Source of the DNA: Obrimoposthia wandeli
Lineage: Eukaryota
Length of the DNA stretch: 64,000 bases
NCBI GenBank assembly: GCA_977020255.1
Contig: CDROCS010000184.1
Coordinates: 1-64,000, forward strand
Direction: 5' to 3'
Positions 43,101 to 53,626 of the stretch are shown in pieces. The translations under genes and the position numbers were made by a program. Position 1 is the first letter of the stretch. Every line of letters starts with the position of its first letter. Below the pieces are notes generated by a model. It was given only the letters and a program-made list of their open reading frames with translations. It was not told the DNA's origin and ran no database searches.

Positions 43101-46100
43101 ATATTATTAACATACAAAATAAAACTGATTAATATTTAAGGATAAAACTTGAAATGTATTCTTTGTAAATAAATTTTCAATAATTTTTTATGATAGTTTT
43201 CTGATTTTCTAGACAGATTAAATGAAAAATTATTATTGCTTCTTGAATTAAATAGTCTTTACTTGTAAAACCAATTTAAATGGAATAAAACATGGTCACA
43301 AAGAATCGAGAAAAACACACCAAAATATGAAGAAATAAAATCAAGACAGATTGGGAATCTGGATTAAAATATAATGAAAATTATGGATTATTTTATATTT
43401 TATTTTAAAGATTTTTTTTCTGAATACTTTCTGCAGTTAGTTTCGAACGTAACCCTTATTTTTCTCACGATAAGCGATACAATGAATAATAAATATTCTC
43501 TATTTTAATGCGGAAAAGTATCGAAAAACTTCTTATTAGTCAGGAATCTTAAATAATGTTAATTAAACCTTTTTTCTAAATCAAACAAATAAAATTATTT
43601 TCTGATATTTTAACAATAAAAATTCCGAACTAAAAAATGACTAAAGTTCAAGGTTAAATTTTCATTTTGAGATTGACCAGACTTACGACATTTTCTTGGT
43701 TTTCCTTAATAATTTAACAAAATGTTGCTTTTGAATGTCTAAAATTCTCCCTCAAAACATGTGTGGATGTCTGTTGCAAATAATATCCCTTTTGAAATAG
43801 GGGAAATAATGTGCTCACACGTTCTGAATTTAACATAACGACCACACAGAAAAGCTACAATATTTATTATTTGAGTAATAGTATCTTTTAATTTTTATAT
43901 AGACTTGTAAGATTTGAAACTCATATTTACAGTATTGACAAAATTAATTGTGATAAATTTGAAATCTCCAATTTTAATGCAATAAACTCAACTATTACAT
44001 TTTTCACCCACTTAAAATTGAAAAAAAGTTAAATTTTGGAAGAAATACATTATATTTACGAAAAATTGCCCTAAAAACCACTTTAATATTATTGTGCTTT
44101 CTTTCTGTGTTTTTTTATTTTTTATTAGCCCTTAGATGGCCTTCTTCGGGATTTGAGCACTCTATGGGTGCACTATAAGATTTTCAGTTTTAAGGGCTCT
44201 AAAATGGGTTTGGAATGTATTTTGTGGTGGTGTTAGAGAAGGCAACCTGTTTTTAAGCTTTTATATAAAAAACATTCATTTTCAGAGTCCTATAAAGTTA
44301 TTTAGTGGCGGAGGTATGGTACAGTATGTAAACGCGAATAATTTCCAATACACATTGGGCATTTCAGAAGCTAACTTAAATGGTAGGCCAATAATCGTAG
44401 GTAGTTGCTCGAACTCGCTCTTGATCGAATTCAAGTATCCTATGCGCCTAATCTTCCTATTTCAGTTCGTAACTTTTACCGCTGTACTATCTGCCTTCAG
44501 TAAACTGCTCTTGGGTATCAGTTTGAAAAATTCTGAACGTGTAGATTTTTACACACAAGCCTGAAATTTCACTCCATACACACCAGCACAGTTTTAAAGG
44601 ACATATGTCCATTTCTATGGGAGATGGGGTGGATTAGACTTGACACATTCACCTACTAAAATAATCAGAGCTTTATTATATAAATAGTTTTTATCAGCTG
44701 TATTCTAGTGCTATACTAAATAATATATGTTTATGAATAGTAATAAAACATAACATAAATTTTAAAATATTCACCTTTATATAATGATAATCGCAAAACG
44801 ACATTTTGTTTTCATTGAACATGCATATGTAAAGCTTTGGCGTGTAAATGTGTGTGGCGATGTTTGCAGTGATTGTAGTGTCATTTGAATGTAAGATGAT
44901 TCAGACAATTGAACATGCAATCACTTGAATTTTGTTAACTAGATGAAATCAGATTCTTCAAAAATAGACGAAAAATTGTCACAATAAAATAGTTTCATAA
45001 GTTTTCTAACTGCAATTTGGAGTTACGATGGTCGAAATATAATTTGCTATCCATTACTTTGAACATCTTGATATGAAAAAGTTATGGTTACAAATGACAC
45101 ATTTTATTGATTTTTTGATAACTATAAATAAATAAGTATATTTCAATATTTACTTTTGTGGCTATAAAAACTTATTTAGACTATTTGGGTACAATTTGAC
45201 GCCATTAAACGAAAATGAACAACAATATATATTTATTATAGCACTAATATGTAATAAATCTTTGATTAAATACTCAAAATAGCTTATTGTTTTCGATTAA
45301 TCTTCGAAATCATTTACGCCAACACCCGTCGAAATAAGTCATACTATAATAATAACAAAGAAACCTAACCGTCAAACGTCTAATGCTTGCGTCGGCCGTA
45401 TGTCCAAAAATGAATGTACTCCGGAGAATATTTCCAAAAATGACAAACGTTGTTCCAATAGACACATATCTCCCTACTTACATAAGTATCCATAAAATTC
45501 ATAATCAACATAATTTATTTACATCAACAATTTCCTTAAGTTAATTTAATTTTGTATGTATACACACTGTACTTTGTGACCTACTAGGATTTGAAGTTGC
45601 AGCTGTTATTTTGAATCACCTATACACCAAGTGTTCAATTATACTCAAATATCATTAAATGATTTTTTATCACAAATAAATGCAGAGACAATTTATACAC
45701 AAACTCAACATAGATATAGTAAAATGTTGTAGTTCTTTATTTATAGTTACAATAAAATAACTTAAATGTGTCATTTGAAACAATTTATTTTCCAACTCAA
45801 GATATTACAAGTAATGAATAGTAAATTATGTTTCGACAACTACAATCCCAAATTGTAGGGAGAAAAAGTTATAAAACCATTTGATTGTAACAATTTTATG
45901 ACCTTATCAGAGTACCCACATTTTAATAATTAAATAAAATTTATGTGATTTCCAAATATTTTCTTAAGGTTATTTGGTATTAAAATGTATATTAAATATC
46001 TAAATATTTAAATATAGCAAACCTAAAATTTAAAAAAATAGCATGTAACTTTTAAATACGCTAACATAAAAAATTCAAATTTTGATTCATTTATAAAAAA

Positions 46101-49100
46101 TTTAATTGAAGTTTGATATAAAATAATTTTTAAATATTTCGTTTGATTGATGATATTTTATTTTGATTAAAAGCGAAAGGGTCAAATTCTGAAGTAGTAC
46201 CACAATTTTTCGTCTATTGTTTGAGAATCTGATTTTATCCAGTTAACAAAATTCAAGTGATTGCATGTTCAATTGTCTGAATCATCTTACATTCAAATGA
46301 CACTACAATAACTGCAAACATCAGCTTTACACACTACAGCTTTACATATACATGTTTAATGAAAACAAATGTATCATCATATGAATCTGAATATATTAAT
46401 ATTGCCTTTTTTAATGAACATTTTAAAAGTATAAAAAAATGAAAAAGTACATTAAAAGTATTTAAAAGTAAAATTTATATTTTTTAACTTTTCCTGTATT
46501 TCTTCAATGTAAAAACAAATGTAAAAATTAACCTAATTATAAATAATAAATTAAAAAAAAAGTGACTGTAATTTTATCGAGGAATTTTAAGTCAAACACG
46601 ATATTACTTAAGCAACCAGACTTTTAAAAAAGGTATGCAACGGGTTATTAATTTTATTATGACACTTAAACATAACGAAAGTATCATTAAGAATTCACAA
46701 AAAAATTGAAAGTAAAACACATACAGCAAATGTAAAATGGCATATTCTCACAGACGTGTCAAAAATGTAAAGAACTGATTTATATTTTTTCATTTCCAGT
46801 GGCACGAAAAGGCTTAATAAATTCTTTAATCATAATACTTCGATTTCTATGCACATATGACTGCTAAACCTGTGAGTTTCTTGTCTACCATAGTACTTCT
46901 CATGGAGGTCTCCAGAAGCCTCCGACTGCTCCACCTTTGTTGCCCGGTAGAATTGGATAAAGTTATCTTTACAATTGAATGGATAACTAGCTCTGACAGC
47001 CGCCGGGAAAGAGGAACTTTATAGCAAACTAATTGCGTTTGAGTGTTTCCAGATTTCATATTAGGCTTCGACATTTCCACATCAAGTCGTCTTGGAACGT
47101 GTGTACCTTTCATATCTTCTGCTGCTTCAATGTACAGCTCATCATTCAAATTTTAACAAATATTTTCAAAGAGAAACTAAATATTTGAGGGGGATGAAAA
47201 ATTTCATTTGTGTATTTCATTTATAATATCATTTTTAATATTATACTGAATAAATAAAAAATGATGACACGCTCAACTATTCAAGAAATCATCAATTATC
47301 AAAAAGCTATTCTTTTATTTATCTGTTAATAATTTGAAATTCATTAATTTATCTTAAAACAATTTTGATTTCTATTTAAACTTAATTTTTTTCAAATTTT
47401 GAATGTTTAAATATTTCAAAAATTAAGTCCAAAATTTTACAGAAAGAAACATAAATGAAGCCAAGAAGACAACTTAAAGCTACAAGTAATCCGAGCAAAA
47501 GTACTGCTTAGTTGAAGTAAGAATTAAATTTAAAAGTGTTCAAGTCAAACAAATGTCTCAAAGTCATCTTCAGAGTAGTTTAGATTTTTGGAAATCGAAT
47601 ATTTGAAAAAATTGATCATACCTGTAATTTACTGGCGAGAAAAATGAAATTTATATAGACCGATGCCCCACAATCATTATTGGCATGCTCTTCGAAAAGA
47701 GCTTTTATTTTGTAGCAGATGACAGTTTGGTAGTGAATTTCTAACGGTTTGGAGTGCCATGTGCGATTAACAAATACATTTTTAAACAAAAGTTAAATAA
47801 ACAAACTTGCTTTATACTCTAGGTGACCTTTACTAAATGAACTATACTGTAGATTACAACGTTCAAATAAAGAAACTATTAAAAGCAAATTAAAATTGCG
47901 TGTTTTTAAATTTATATTTTTGCATGGATATTGCAGAATAGGAATAATGGAAATAAAAAAGAATTTTATAAGAAGATAGAGTGTTCGATAAAAAGTTTTA
48001 GAAGCTGACAGATTTATGAGCATGTTTATATATGTTTACATATTTATGTATGTAAAGTTAAATTTATGAAAACATTCTGTATCAAACAGTACCAATTAAA
48101 GCGGCATGTGGTTCTCTCAGCCAGTGAAACTAAATGTATCGGTCTTTTCAAATTGTACTTTGATACTGAATATGGTTACGATGACTTATAATATTTTGGA
48201 GTTTCCGTAACTTGGCTTCTTAATTTTATAAGAATTAAACAAAAATTTGTATAAAAGTATAATACAAAACGAATTATAAAAACTCTACCAATTCTACTTG
48301 TTTTGATAACTAGCCTCTAGATTCTATTCTATCTATTGCGGAAAGACCAAGATTTGCAGGCCAGCATGTTAGATAAATTTTAATAAAAATTACAGCTCTA
48401 CAAATTCAATCAAATTTTTGAAGATTTGGTGAATGAAAAAAGCTGGGAAATTTCTTCAAAAAATCACATGATATTATTTTATTGAATTAATTTAAATTTG
48501 TAAAAAACAGCATTCGCACTTTATGTGTTTTTGAACATGATTGTATTTTGTCATATGTAATTTAGTATGTAACATTACAATATTAATAATACAAAACCGC
48601 TTCCTCTTAATTTGATTTTGTTTCAATGCTGCTCACAGCTGGATGTTTATTACTTAATGTGGTCCTTAGTTGTAAATGAGTGTGACAAGTCTTTACACGG
48701 CACCATTCAATTTTTGTAATACACCCTATAGTAAAAAATCACAGTCAATCTTTTCCTGTCCTGTGGGTGTGTGACTGTATGCTTTCTAAAGTAAGTAATT
48801 ATTCAGTTTTTACGGCACCCTTCATTTTTGATAGATGCTGTTTTTATCGGTAAGTTTTACTATGTATTATTATTAATCTTATTCTTATACTATAGGATTG
48901 TGTGCCGACTTTTTACAACGGCAATAATCAGTTGGACTAGGTGTATGGATCAATTTATTATGTTGAGAACAGGGCCTGGTCCTGAAGAACTCCTATATAT
49001 CGCTATATTGACCACCCTGTATTTTGGTGCCCCTGCAACTTGAGTTGCATCATAAATATGGTCTCAAGGTTGTAAATATTGTTGGTTTAATTTTATCAAT

Positions 49101-51514
49101 TTCTAACGTCATTCAAAAGCAAAGATTTCTATTCAACATATTCACATAATCCCTAACATCGAATTCAACACTTGAGTATCATTAGATTACAAATGGAAGT
49201 TGATACCATGATTTGGAAATGCATATTATAAATTCCTCGTGTAGATAGTAAACAAAATATTAAGCGTGCTCCTAAATTGAAAGTTGCATTATCCATAAAA
49301 TGTGCAAAATTGATACAGGAAAAATTAATCTAAGATATGACTTTACTTGTTAATTTAATTTTTCAGTTCAAACTCAGGTCGCGTATCGCAATTAGATTAT
49401 GTTATAAATCCTAAGCATAGAAAAAGGAAAAAATTAAATTTGGTGAAAATAGCTAATGTCAAAAACATCACTCGGAAACGTTACACTTTTAAAAACTATT
49501 CTGGATTAATAATTTTACTCGTATAGATGAACACAAGCTTACATATAATTGATTTCTAAACTCACTTTCAGACATTTTTATTTATAAAATAATGACTCAA
49601 AATTCACTTTCTTTCTGCTGATAATTCATCAATTGAGTTTTGATATTCTTGAGATAACAGTTGTAGCATAATATAGTAAGGTTAAAGATTGAAGGTCAAA
49701 TAATTATTTTAAAGTAAAAGAAATTATAAATAACATTTATTTTATTATACTTGAAATGAACTTTATTTTAATGATCTTAAATTTTTTTAGAATAATGTTC
49801 TTTACATAAAATACTTATATTTATTTGAAATTATTAAAAAATATATATTGAACACTTGTATTATTTAAAATAAAAGATACCTCATACACGTTATCAAAAA
49901 AATAGTATTTCAATTAAAAGTTGCTTTAATCAAATATCATTAATCCAGGAGATTAAATTATGAAATTTATGAAAGTGTTTATCATCATAGGAAATTTTAA
50001 TATCTTAGAGGTTAATATTATTTGTCAAATTATACTTAAATTGTATAATCTACTTTTGAATATGACGCTGTGAAAAAGTGTATATAAAAAGTTTTTCATA
50101 TAAAAATTATCAAACAATTCTATTGTTAATTATTTTATTTAAAAAATAATTAAATTACAAAACAAATAAACATATAAACAAACAATAAGCTCAATTAGAA
50201 AATTATGTGAAGAAATATAAACAAAATAATTTATTCAAAGGGAAACTACAATTTTTAGCTATTTAGACAAAAATGATATCAAATTAACAGTCGTTATTAG
50301 AAAATAAAATTTCTTTTTGTTCTCAATTAACTACAAATCCCAACATTTATATTTGTCAGAGCTCACAATGAATATAAATATATTTATATAGCAAAGTTGC
50401 TAGTCAAATATTTCTTGTTTGGTCGTGACATATTATACTGATTTTGTCTTTGAATTTTTATTTATCCAATAATTAAACGGAAAAAAACATGAAAATTTTC
50501 TCAGTATCACATTTTATTAATATATTATTAATAGAGAGTTATTATTATTATTGTTGTATGGATTCTAAAATCGCTAATTTAACACAACTGATTTTATAAG
50601 CGTGTCTACTTTCAGTGGCTGTCTAGTGTTGTTCATTTAGGAAATTCTCTCCTCTACTAATAGATAATACATGCCAGTTTTTTTCTTGCTGCATTGTTAA
50701 ATTGAAATTGACTTTGGTATTTCTACTTAACTAATTTTTCAAATTAAATTCAATTTTTTAATAAAATAATTAAAACACCAAATTAAAATTTTATAAAATA
50801 AATAAAAATCAAATAATTTTTTATTTTAAATTAAAATAAATATTTTTAATTATACCTGATTGACTAGAAGACGAATTCGTAGATGCCAGTATTTTCGGTA
50901 CTGCCATTGTATTGTTGACCTTGAACTTTTCAGAAGATGATTTAGCTCTAAATACAGCCAGAGCCAGATCTTCCAAGGTCAAAGTTAAGAGGGAAGAAAA
51001 TGCGACAAATTCGCCTTCATGCTGCATTTATTAAAGAGAACATTAAACTAAACGCAACCGCAACAGTAAAGTAGACACTTACCGGTGACAGGTGATAGCG
51101 TTTCTTGAAGTCCATTGACACCTTGAGATTGTTGCCGTATTTCATATTGCTTGCCGGAAAATACACCCGGAAACTGGCCAGTCTACAGCTTTCAGTATCG
51201 TATTGCTGCAGCTTGCGTCGAAAGAAATGAACGGGATAACAAATGCAGAGATTTTTTGTGTCCGACAGATCCGCTATAAATGGAACATTCAATAGCAGAG
51301 ATTGTTTGAAAACTTTATTGGACTTTTTTATTCCAAAGGAATTTTTGTTTTTCGATGTCATTCCGGATTGACGAGTGATGTTGACTTTTTCAAAGAACTC
51401 CTGAGACTGGTGTTCGCCCAAATATCCACACAATCGTGTGGAAAACTGAACTTTAGACTTCTTTATCATATTCTGCTGACTGGATTTGATTGAATAAATA
51501 TTACTTTTTTTCAT
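705..51514 (-). CDS. Multi-exon host gene, predicted nuclear/chromatin protein with two AT-hooks (about 995 aa; family not recognised)
   Basis: Exons 51514-51083, 51021-50856, 47740-47622, 47137-46870, 41404-41153, (38357-38280), (38148-38053), 32337-31967, 18235-18053, 15257-15136, 6286-5938, 2975-2842, 1122-705. All are GT-AG, open frame, GC-richer than the flanks, and the phases chain (0,1,0,1,1,1,1,0,0,2,0,2). AT-hooks KRPRGRPKK and KRGRPRKYP. Confidence 0.7.
1270..1720 (-). pseudogene. Highly decayed Ty3/gypsy-like reverse transcriptase relic
   Basis: Remnants EYAIYTDGLGNFQMSFGLKKF (cf. F.T..G.YEF..MPFGL.NAP) and CPNKCVL, with stops and shifts. Confidence 0.35.
2842..2975 (-). CDS. Host gene exon (ALFNFISNLYYDNS...KQQQQQHQ...)
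   Basis: GC-rich open frame with poly-Gln; CTGACAG|GCC acceptor, CG|GTTTGT donor, phase 0 to 2; an alternative upstream acceptor gives exon start 3024. Confidence 0.55.
3181..3250 (+). pseudogene. tRNA pseudogene or head of a tRNA-derived SINE
   Basis: A-box-like TAGTTTAGTGGTA and B-box-like GAATCAATTCC with tRNA spacing and a tRNA-like 3' end CCCGGTTGCGGCA; the acceptor stem does not pair. Confidence 0.45.
4130..5330 (-). mobile_element. pogo/Tigger-family transposase pseudogene
   Basis: CENP-B-type KRPKLRSVKYPELE, NMSGTRKL..VIGK, AWM and TTILQPLDQIIIRSF motifs in order; many stops; no TIRs found. Confidence 0.8.
5938..6286 (-). CDS. Host gene exon (SEKGDFSKY...SSSSSSSSLKP...PHTNQVY)
   Basis: GC-richer open frame with donor TAT|GTAAGA; the frame-preserving acceptor is a weak AAG (exon start 6286), while the strong CAG acceptor (exon start 6307) leads into a stop. 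Confidence 0.6.
6335..6859 (+). mobile_element. L2/CR1-like LINE fragment, interrupted by a mariner; appears to continue at about 8133-8650
   Basis: LKMNENKTEAVLF, TWHSHIKNLCNK, RVVQKQVI; 6575-6760 matches the reverse complement of 23520-23705. Confidence 0.55.
6860..8132 (-). mobile_element. Full-length degenerate Tc1/mariner-superfamily transposon (DDD-type, 1273 bp)
   Basis: About 27-bp TIRs (T/C)AGG(G/A)TGTCTATAAAGTCCCT(G/A)TACA with TA flanks; transposase ..CVWAAMS..IGPYFF..QQDGAPPH..WPARSPDLTPLDFF, broken by stops. Confidence 0.9.
9520..9790 (-). mobile_element. Tc1 transposase C-terminal fragment
   Basis: VFDWPRKSPHIISLENHW (cf. WPSQSPDLNPIENLW) followed by helical C-terminus. Confidence 0.6.
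10483..11100 (+). mobile_element. Tc3-like transposase N-terminal remnant
   Basis: MPKAQYLTDDEK start; MFSDERCINLDDPHSYRYY..GIMVW matches Tc3 FSDEKKFNLDGPDG.RYYW..VMVW. Confidence 0.7.
11974..13593 (+). mobile_element. Full-length degenerate Tc1 transposon with IR/DR-type ends (1620 bp)
   Basis: TA|CAGTATT..CTCATAAAAAAC terminal inverted repeats of at least 48 bp, inner direct-repeat copies near 12185 and 13370; transposase 12313-13275 with GRKS, FSDES, QQDRAPCH, SPDLNPI.NIW. Confidence 0.9.
15136..15257 (-). CDS. Host gene exon with second AT-hook (NKRGRPRKYP...NENESP)
   Basis: Acceptor TGTTTTAG|AAC, donor AA|GTAAGA, 122 nt, phase 0 to 2. Confidence 0.75.
15443..16824 (+). mobile_element. 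Internally deleted piggyBac element
   Basis: TTAA flanks at both ends, C(T/C)CTTTGAG TIRs; acidic N-terminal remnant joined to the C-terminal Cys-rich RCFVC..KCQTCDRHL; catalytic core absent. Confidence 0.85.
18053..18235 (-). CDS. Host gene exon (TESAWTSLTDS...TERKK), Ser/Thr-rich
   Basis: Acceptor TTTATGCAG|ACA, donor AAG|GTGGGA, 183 nt, phase 0 to 0; the other two frames are blocked. Confidence 0.75.
22110..22950 (-). mobile_element. Decayed Tc1-like transposase
   Basis: AGAGGVMVWSMV, YQQDNAAVHTAH, ..IGKMISDRVYD. Confidence 0.7.
23515..23705 (-). mobile_element. L2-like LINE fragment, same family as 6575-6760
   Basis: Near-identical reverse complement over about 185 bp. Confidence 0.6.
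25648..26868 (+). repeat. About 1.2-kb direct repeat, copy 1 (decayed transposase-like, contains (AT)n)
   Basis: High identity to 30190-31386; contains IDWKKLPPIPQVRWNSKAI; coding-like sequence extends upstream only in this copy. Confidence 0.85.
27030..27480 (+). pseudogene. Protein-primed DNA polymerase B fragment (Polinton/Maverick type)
   Basis: FYSIPGLSW..ELIHDPEMY..GIRG..IDVNNLYGWALSQPLP..FKW..G.LVEIDL..P...H....DLPF.P; in-frame stops. Confidence 0.9.
28743..29605 (+). pseudogene. Intronless GC-rich, multiply frameshifted coding island of unknown family; K/E-rich coiled-coil C-terminus
   Basis: Sharp GC step; G/C-ending codon bias moves between frames; clear shift at about 29328 (KQK to ANSKKEKEQMKNK). 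Confidence 0.6.
30190..31386 (+). repeat. About 1.2-kb direct repeat, copy 2
   Basis: Same 60-aa minus-strand ORF appears twice in the ORF track (25935 and 30472); scattered substitutions. Confidence 0.85.
31967..32337 (-). CDS. Host gene exon with AT-hook KRPRGRPKK and poly-Ala
   Basis: Acceptor TCTGTCTGTCATAG|CA, donor AAG|GTTAGC, 371 nt, strongly G/C-ending codons. Confidence 0.8.
33020..33873 (+). mobile_element. Deleted hAT element: BED zinc finger plus 3' terminus
   Basis: AVCNMCQQTVNCAGGSTTVLHCHLQSRH (BED finger); AACCGG-like subterminal motifs ending ..GGGACCCCTA. Confidence 0.65.
34700..34859 (-). mobile_element. Possible solo Polinton-like terminus
   Basis: Reverse complement begins AGTAGTAGTG followed by a GC-rich stretch (AGATAAC, CCCCGCCCC) in AT-rich background. 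Confidence 0.35.
38053..38148 (-). CDS. Possible host gene exon (SPEPEEAAYNLCYLSPQHSQYLSRMLPGSEL)
   Basis: GC-richer open frame, ATCTAG acceptor, donor ambiguous within a (GT)n run; phase 1 to 1 fits. Confidence 0.4.
38280..38357 (-). CDS. Possible host gene exon (ILKLGIRPCNSTVWAS...)
   Basis: Acceptor TTTTCACAG|AC, 78 nt phase 1 to 1; weak donor GTTAAC; skippable without frame change. Confidence 0.3.
38780..39545 (+). mobile_element. Decayed Tc1 transposase
   Basis: VGRPSATS, ..VWGC-like, INAVKYQEIL, SPDRNPIENI. Confidence 0.6.
40821..41032. mobile_element. 212-bp MITE-like element with AGTAGTGG termini carrying four X-box-like motifs
   Basis: Imperfect 21-24-bp TIRs (AGTAGTGGCATGTGATGACTT / AAGTCACCACCACATTCCACTACT); flanks ATATAT/AGATAT resemble a 6-bp TSD with one mismatch. 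Confidence 0.6.
41153..41404 (-). CDS. Host gene exon (GTPVFIATESFYCRL...SILNSPG)
   Basis: Acceptor TTTTGTTGCAG|GA, donor GGAC|GTGAGT, 252 nt, phase 1 to 1. Confidence 0.8.
44540..44657. mobile_element. Diverged copy of the Polinton terminal sequence seen at 60707-60783
   Basis: TGAAATTTCACTCCA..CAC..GCAC.GTTTTAAAGGACA..GTGGATTAGAC..GACACAT.CA.CTACT; similarity stops exactly after CTACT. Confidence 0.75.
44790..46385. repeat. Inverted repeat pair, arms about 44790-44985 and 46200-46385
   Basis: About 190-bp arms are reverse complements, separated by about 1.2 kb. Confidence 0.75.
46870..47137 (-). CDS. Probable host gene exon (LYIEAAEDMK...DKKLT)
   Basis: GC-richer open frame, donor ACAG|GTTTAG, phase 0 to 1 fits both neighbours; the acceptor (GAG) is weak, so the 5' boundary is uncertain. 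Confidence 0.45.
47622..47740 (-). CDS. Host gene exon (IHYQTVICYK...FLASKLQ)
   Basis: Acceptor CGTTAG|AA, strong donor CAG|GTATGA, phase 1 to 0; too short for the ORF track. Confidence 0.55.
49030..49330 (-). mobile_element. L2/CR1-like LINE reverse transcriptase fragment
   Basis: LFTIY..HGINFHL*SNDTQV (cf. LFTIY..HG..FH.YADDTQ). Confidence 0.6.
50856..51021 (-). CDS. Host gene exon (HEGEFVAF...SSSSQS)
   Basis: Acceptor AAATGCAG|CAT, donor TCAG|GTATAA, phase 0 to 1. Confidence 0.75.
51083..51514 (-). CDS. Host gene first coding exon (MKKSNIY...KKRYHLSP)
   Basis: Long open frame ending at a strong donor CCG|GTAAGT, followed by a 61-nt intron (51082-51022). Confidence 0.75.
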
Positions 51515-53099
51515 TCTGATCTCTCAAACTCAGGAAAAATAACAGGAAAAATTCCACAAATAATTCGCTGTTAAATTAGTAGCATGGTAGCATTTTTTTC
51601 TCATAAACAAATTAATTTGAAAACGACTTCTGGAGATAATAAATTTGAATATAATTAGACTAAAATCTATTCTGCAGTTGCAGTAGTATACGATGAAAAA
51701 ACACGCTATGTATTTGTTTGCTTGCATAAAATAAGTAATATCCACATTTATAAAATATACGTATTTAAAAATCAGTCTAACTCTACTTTCTTAAAATGAT
51801 TGCTTTTTACTGTAGCATGCTAGTGTACACACACATGGCGCTACACACACCTACACGGACACAGCAGTTCACAGTAATTAGACTCTTACTCTACTGCACA
51901 CACACAGTCACAACGAAAGTTTAGTTTATTTCGAATAATTACTCCACAGAATACAAAACATGATTTTAAGATTCTATTACAATTTAATCCGAACACTTAG
52001 AAGACAAAATAGATTTATTAAAATAAGAATAATATAATTTCATTAAAGGATTATTTCTGTAATAAGAAAATTGCAATTTCATTATTTATGTAGCTGATAA
52101 TTAAAACGCATGTAAACACAGAAAGGCAACCATACTCTTAGATGTTTTGACACACTGATTTTTCAAAGCTGAATACACACTTGAACATCAACTCTGAATT
52201 TCGATAATCTCAACTTATTTAGTCTGAAATATATCAGTACCGTGTAGGATAAATGAGAATTGAACCAATGTTTTGGTGTATGAAAAATATAAATTTCATA
52301 GATTTCTCTGAAGTAAGAAATAATTAATACTTTTCATTGAAATCTGTGTTTATGTAAATATGTATAATCTAAGCAGTTTGTATTTAATAACTTTCTGTTC
52401 TGGCTAATTATGTCTTGTTGAAAAAGAAAATAGCTCGAGTATTATTGTAATAGAAAAGTTAATATGTGTATAGGAATTTATTTATTTAAAGCAAACAGTG
52501 TAGAAATATTAAAATAACTTTTTGGTTTTGTTTTCAATAATCAATTTGAAATAATATGTCCATTAAACATTTGTTAAATTACAAGTTTGTTGTTACTACT
52601 GCCAATAATTTTTATCTGATAAAAACTGTATGTATATACTATTTCTCACTGAATTAAATTAATGAATAAACTTGTCGTGTTGTGTATTTTAGACATGCAA
52701 AGTAATTATGTATACACTATCGATACATGCTGTTACATTTCAATTTAACTAAGACTGTCAAGGTTTTATAAATAAAATTATCTAACATAATTGAATTTTC
52801 ATGTTTTATTTGATTTAGATTAATTTATTTTAATGGCTAATACTTTCTACGGAATTCTACAAATGTTGTTTAAATTTCGTTTAAAACTTTCATTTAAAAA
52901 TTTTTGTACAACGCATATTAAATTACATTTTTAAAAAAAAACGCTTGTCTGCGTAATTTTCGAAGTTCAAGATTCTTTAATTTTAATTTATTCTATATAT
53001 TTGATATATTGAATTTCAAAATTATTTATTATTTTATATTCCAGCTTATTGATTATTTCAATTAAACAAGAACCTAACTATTATCAAAAATGTATTATC

Positions 53100-53330
53100 T
53101 CATAAACATTCAATACTAATATGATCGTGTATATGCAACGATGAAGACTACAGATTGGTTAAGAAATTCTCAAGCAACAAACAAATTGACGCAATATTTG
53201 AAATTTGAACTCCGAATCCTTATAACAACATACCGATGAATAAAATAAACTTTAACAATGCTGAAATATTCGAGAAGCATCTCAAGACTTTACTATTCAA
53301 AAAATATGAACGAAGAATAATGACATTTTA
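53100..53330 (+). mobile_element. L2-like LINE 3' fragment (related pieces at about 8460-8620 and 40560-40690)
   Basis: FEKHLKTLLFKK terminal motif; visible similarity among the three pieces. Confidence 0.5.
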
Positions 53331-53626
53331 ATATTTTTATAAAACTAATTGTAACATAATTTAGAAATCGAGTTTTCTGAATTTAGAAATTTAACCATTT
53401 TTTTCAAGAAGGACAAGCTTTCATTCCATGTCAATTTTATATGTGTAAAATAGCTATTTCAGTCTGTGTTTGCAAAATATAAATAAAGTGAAAGATGATT
53501 TCGGGTAACAATTGTCGATATAGTCTGAAATATATTTAATCTAAATTTTTAATCTGAAAGGAAAACTCCGAAATTATTTTGAGAAATTTATCTATTTGTG
53601 ATAAAAACTGAAAATCATTAAAATTA

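Noticed and set aside
44120-44564. Coding-like sequence inward of the 44657 terminus
   Set aside because: Stops in all frames and no recognisable motif.
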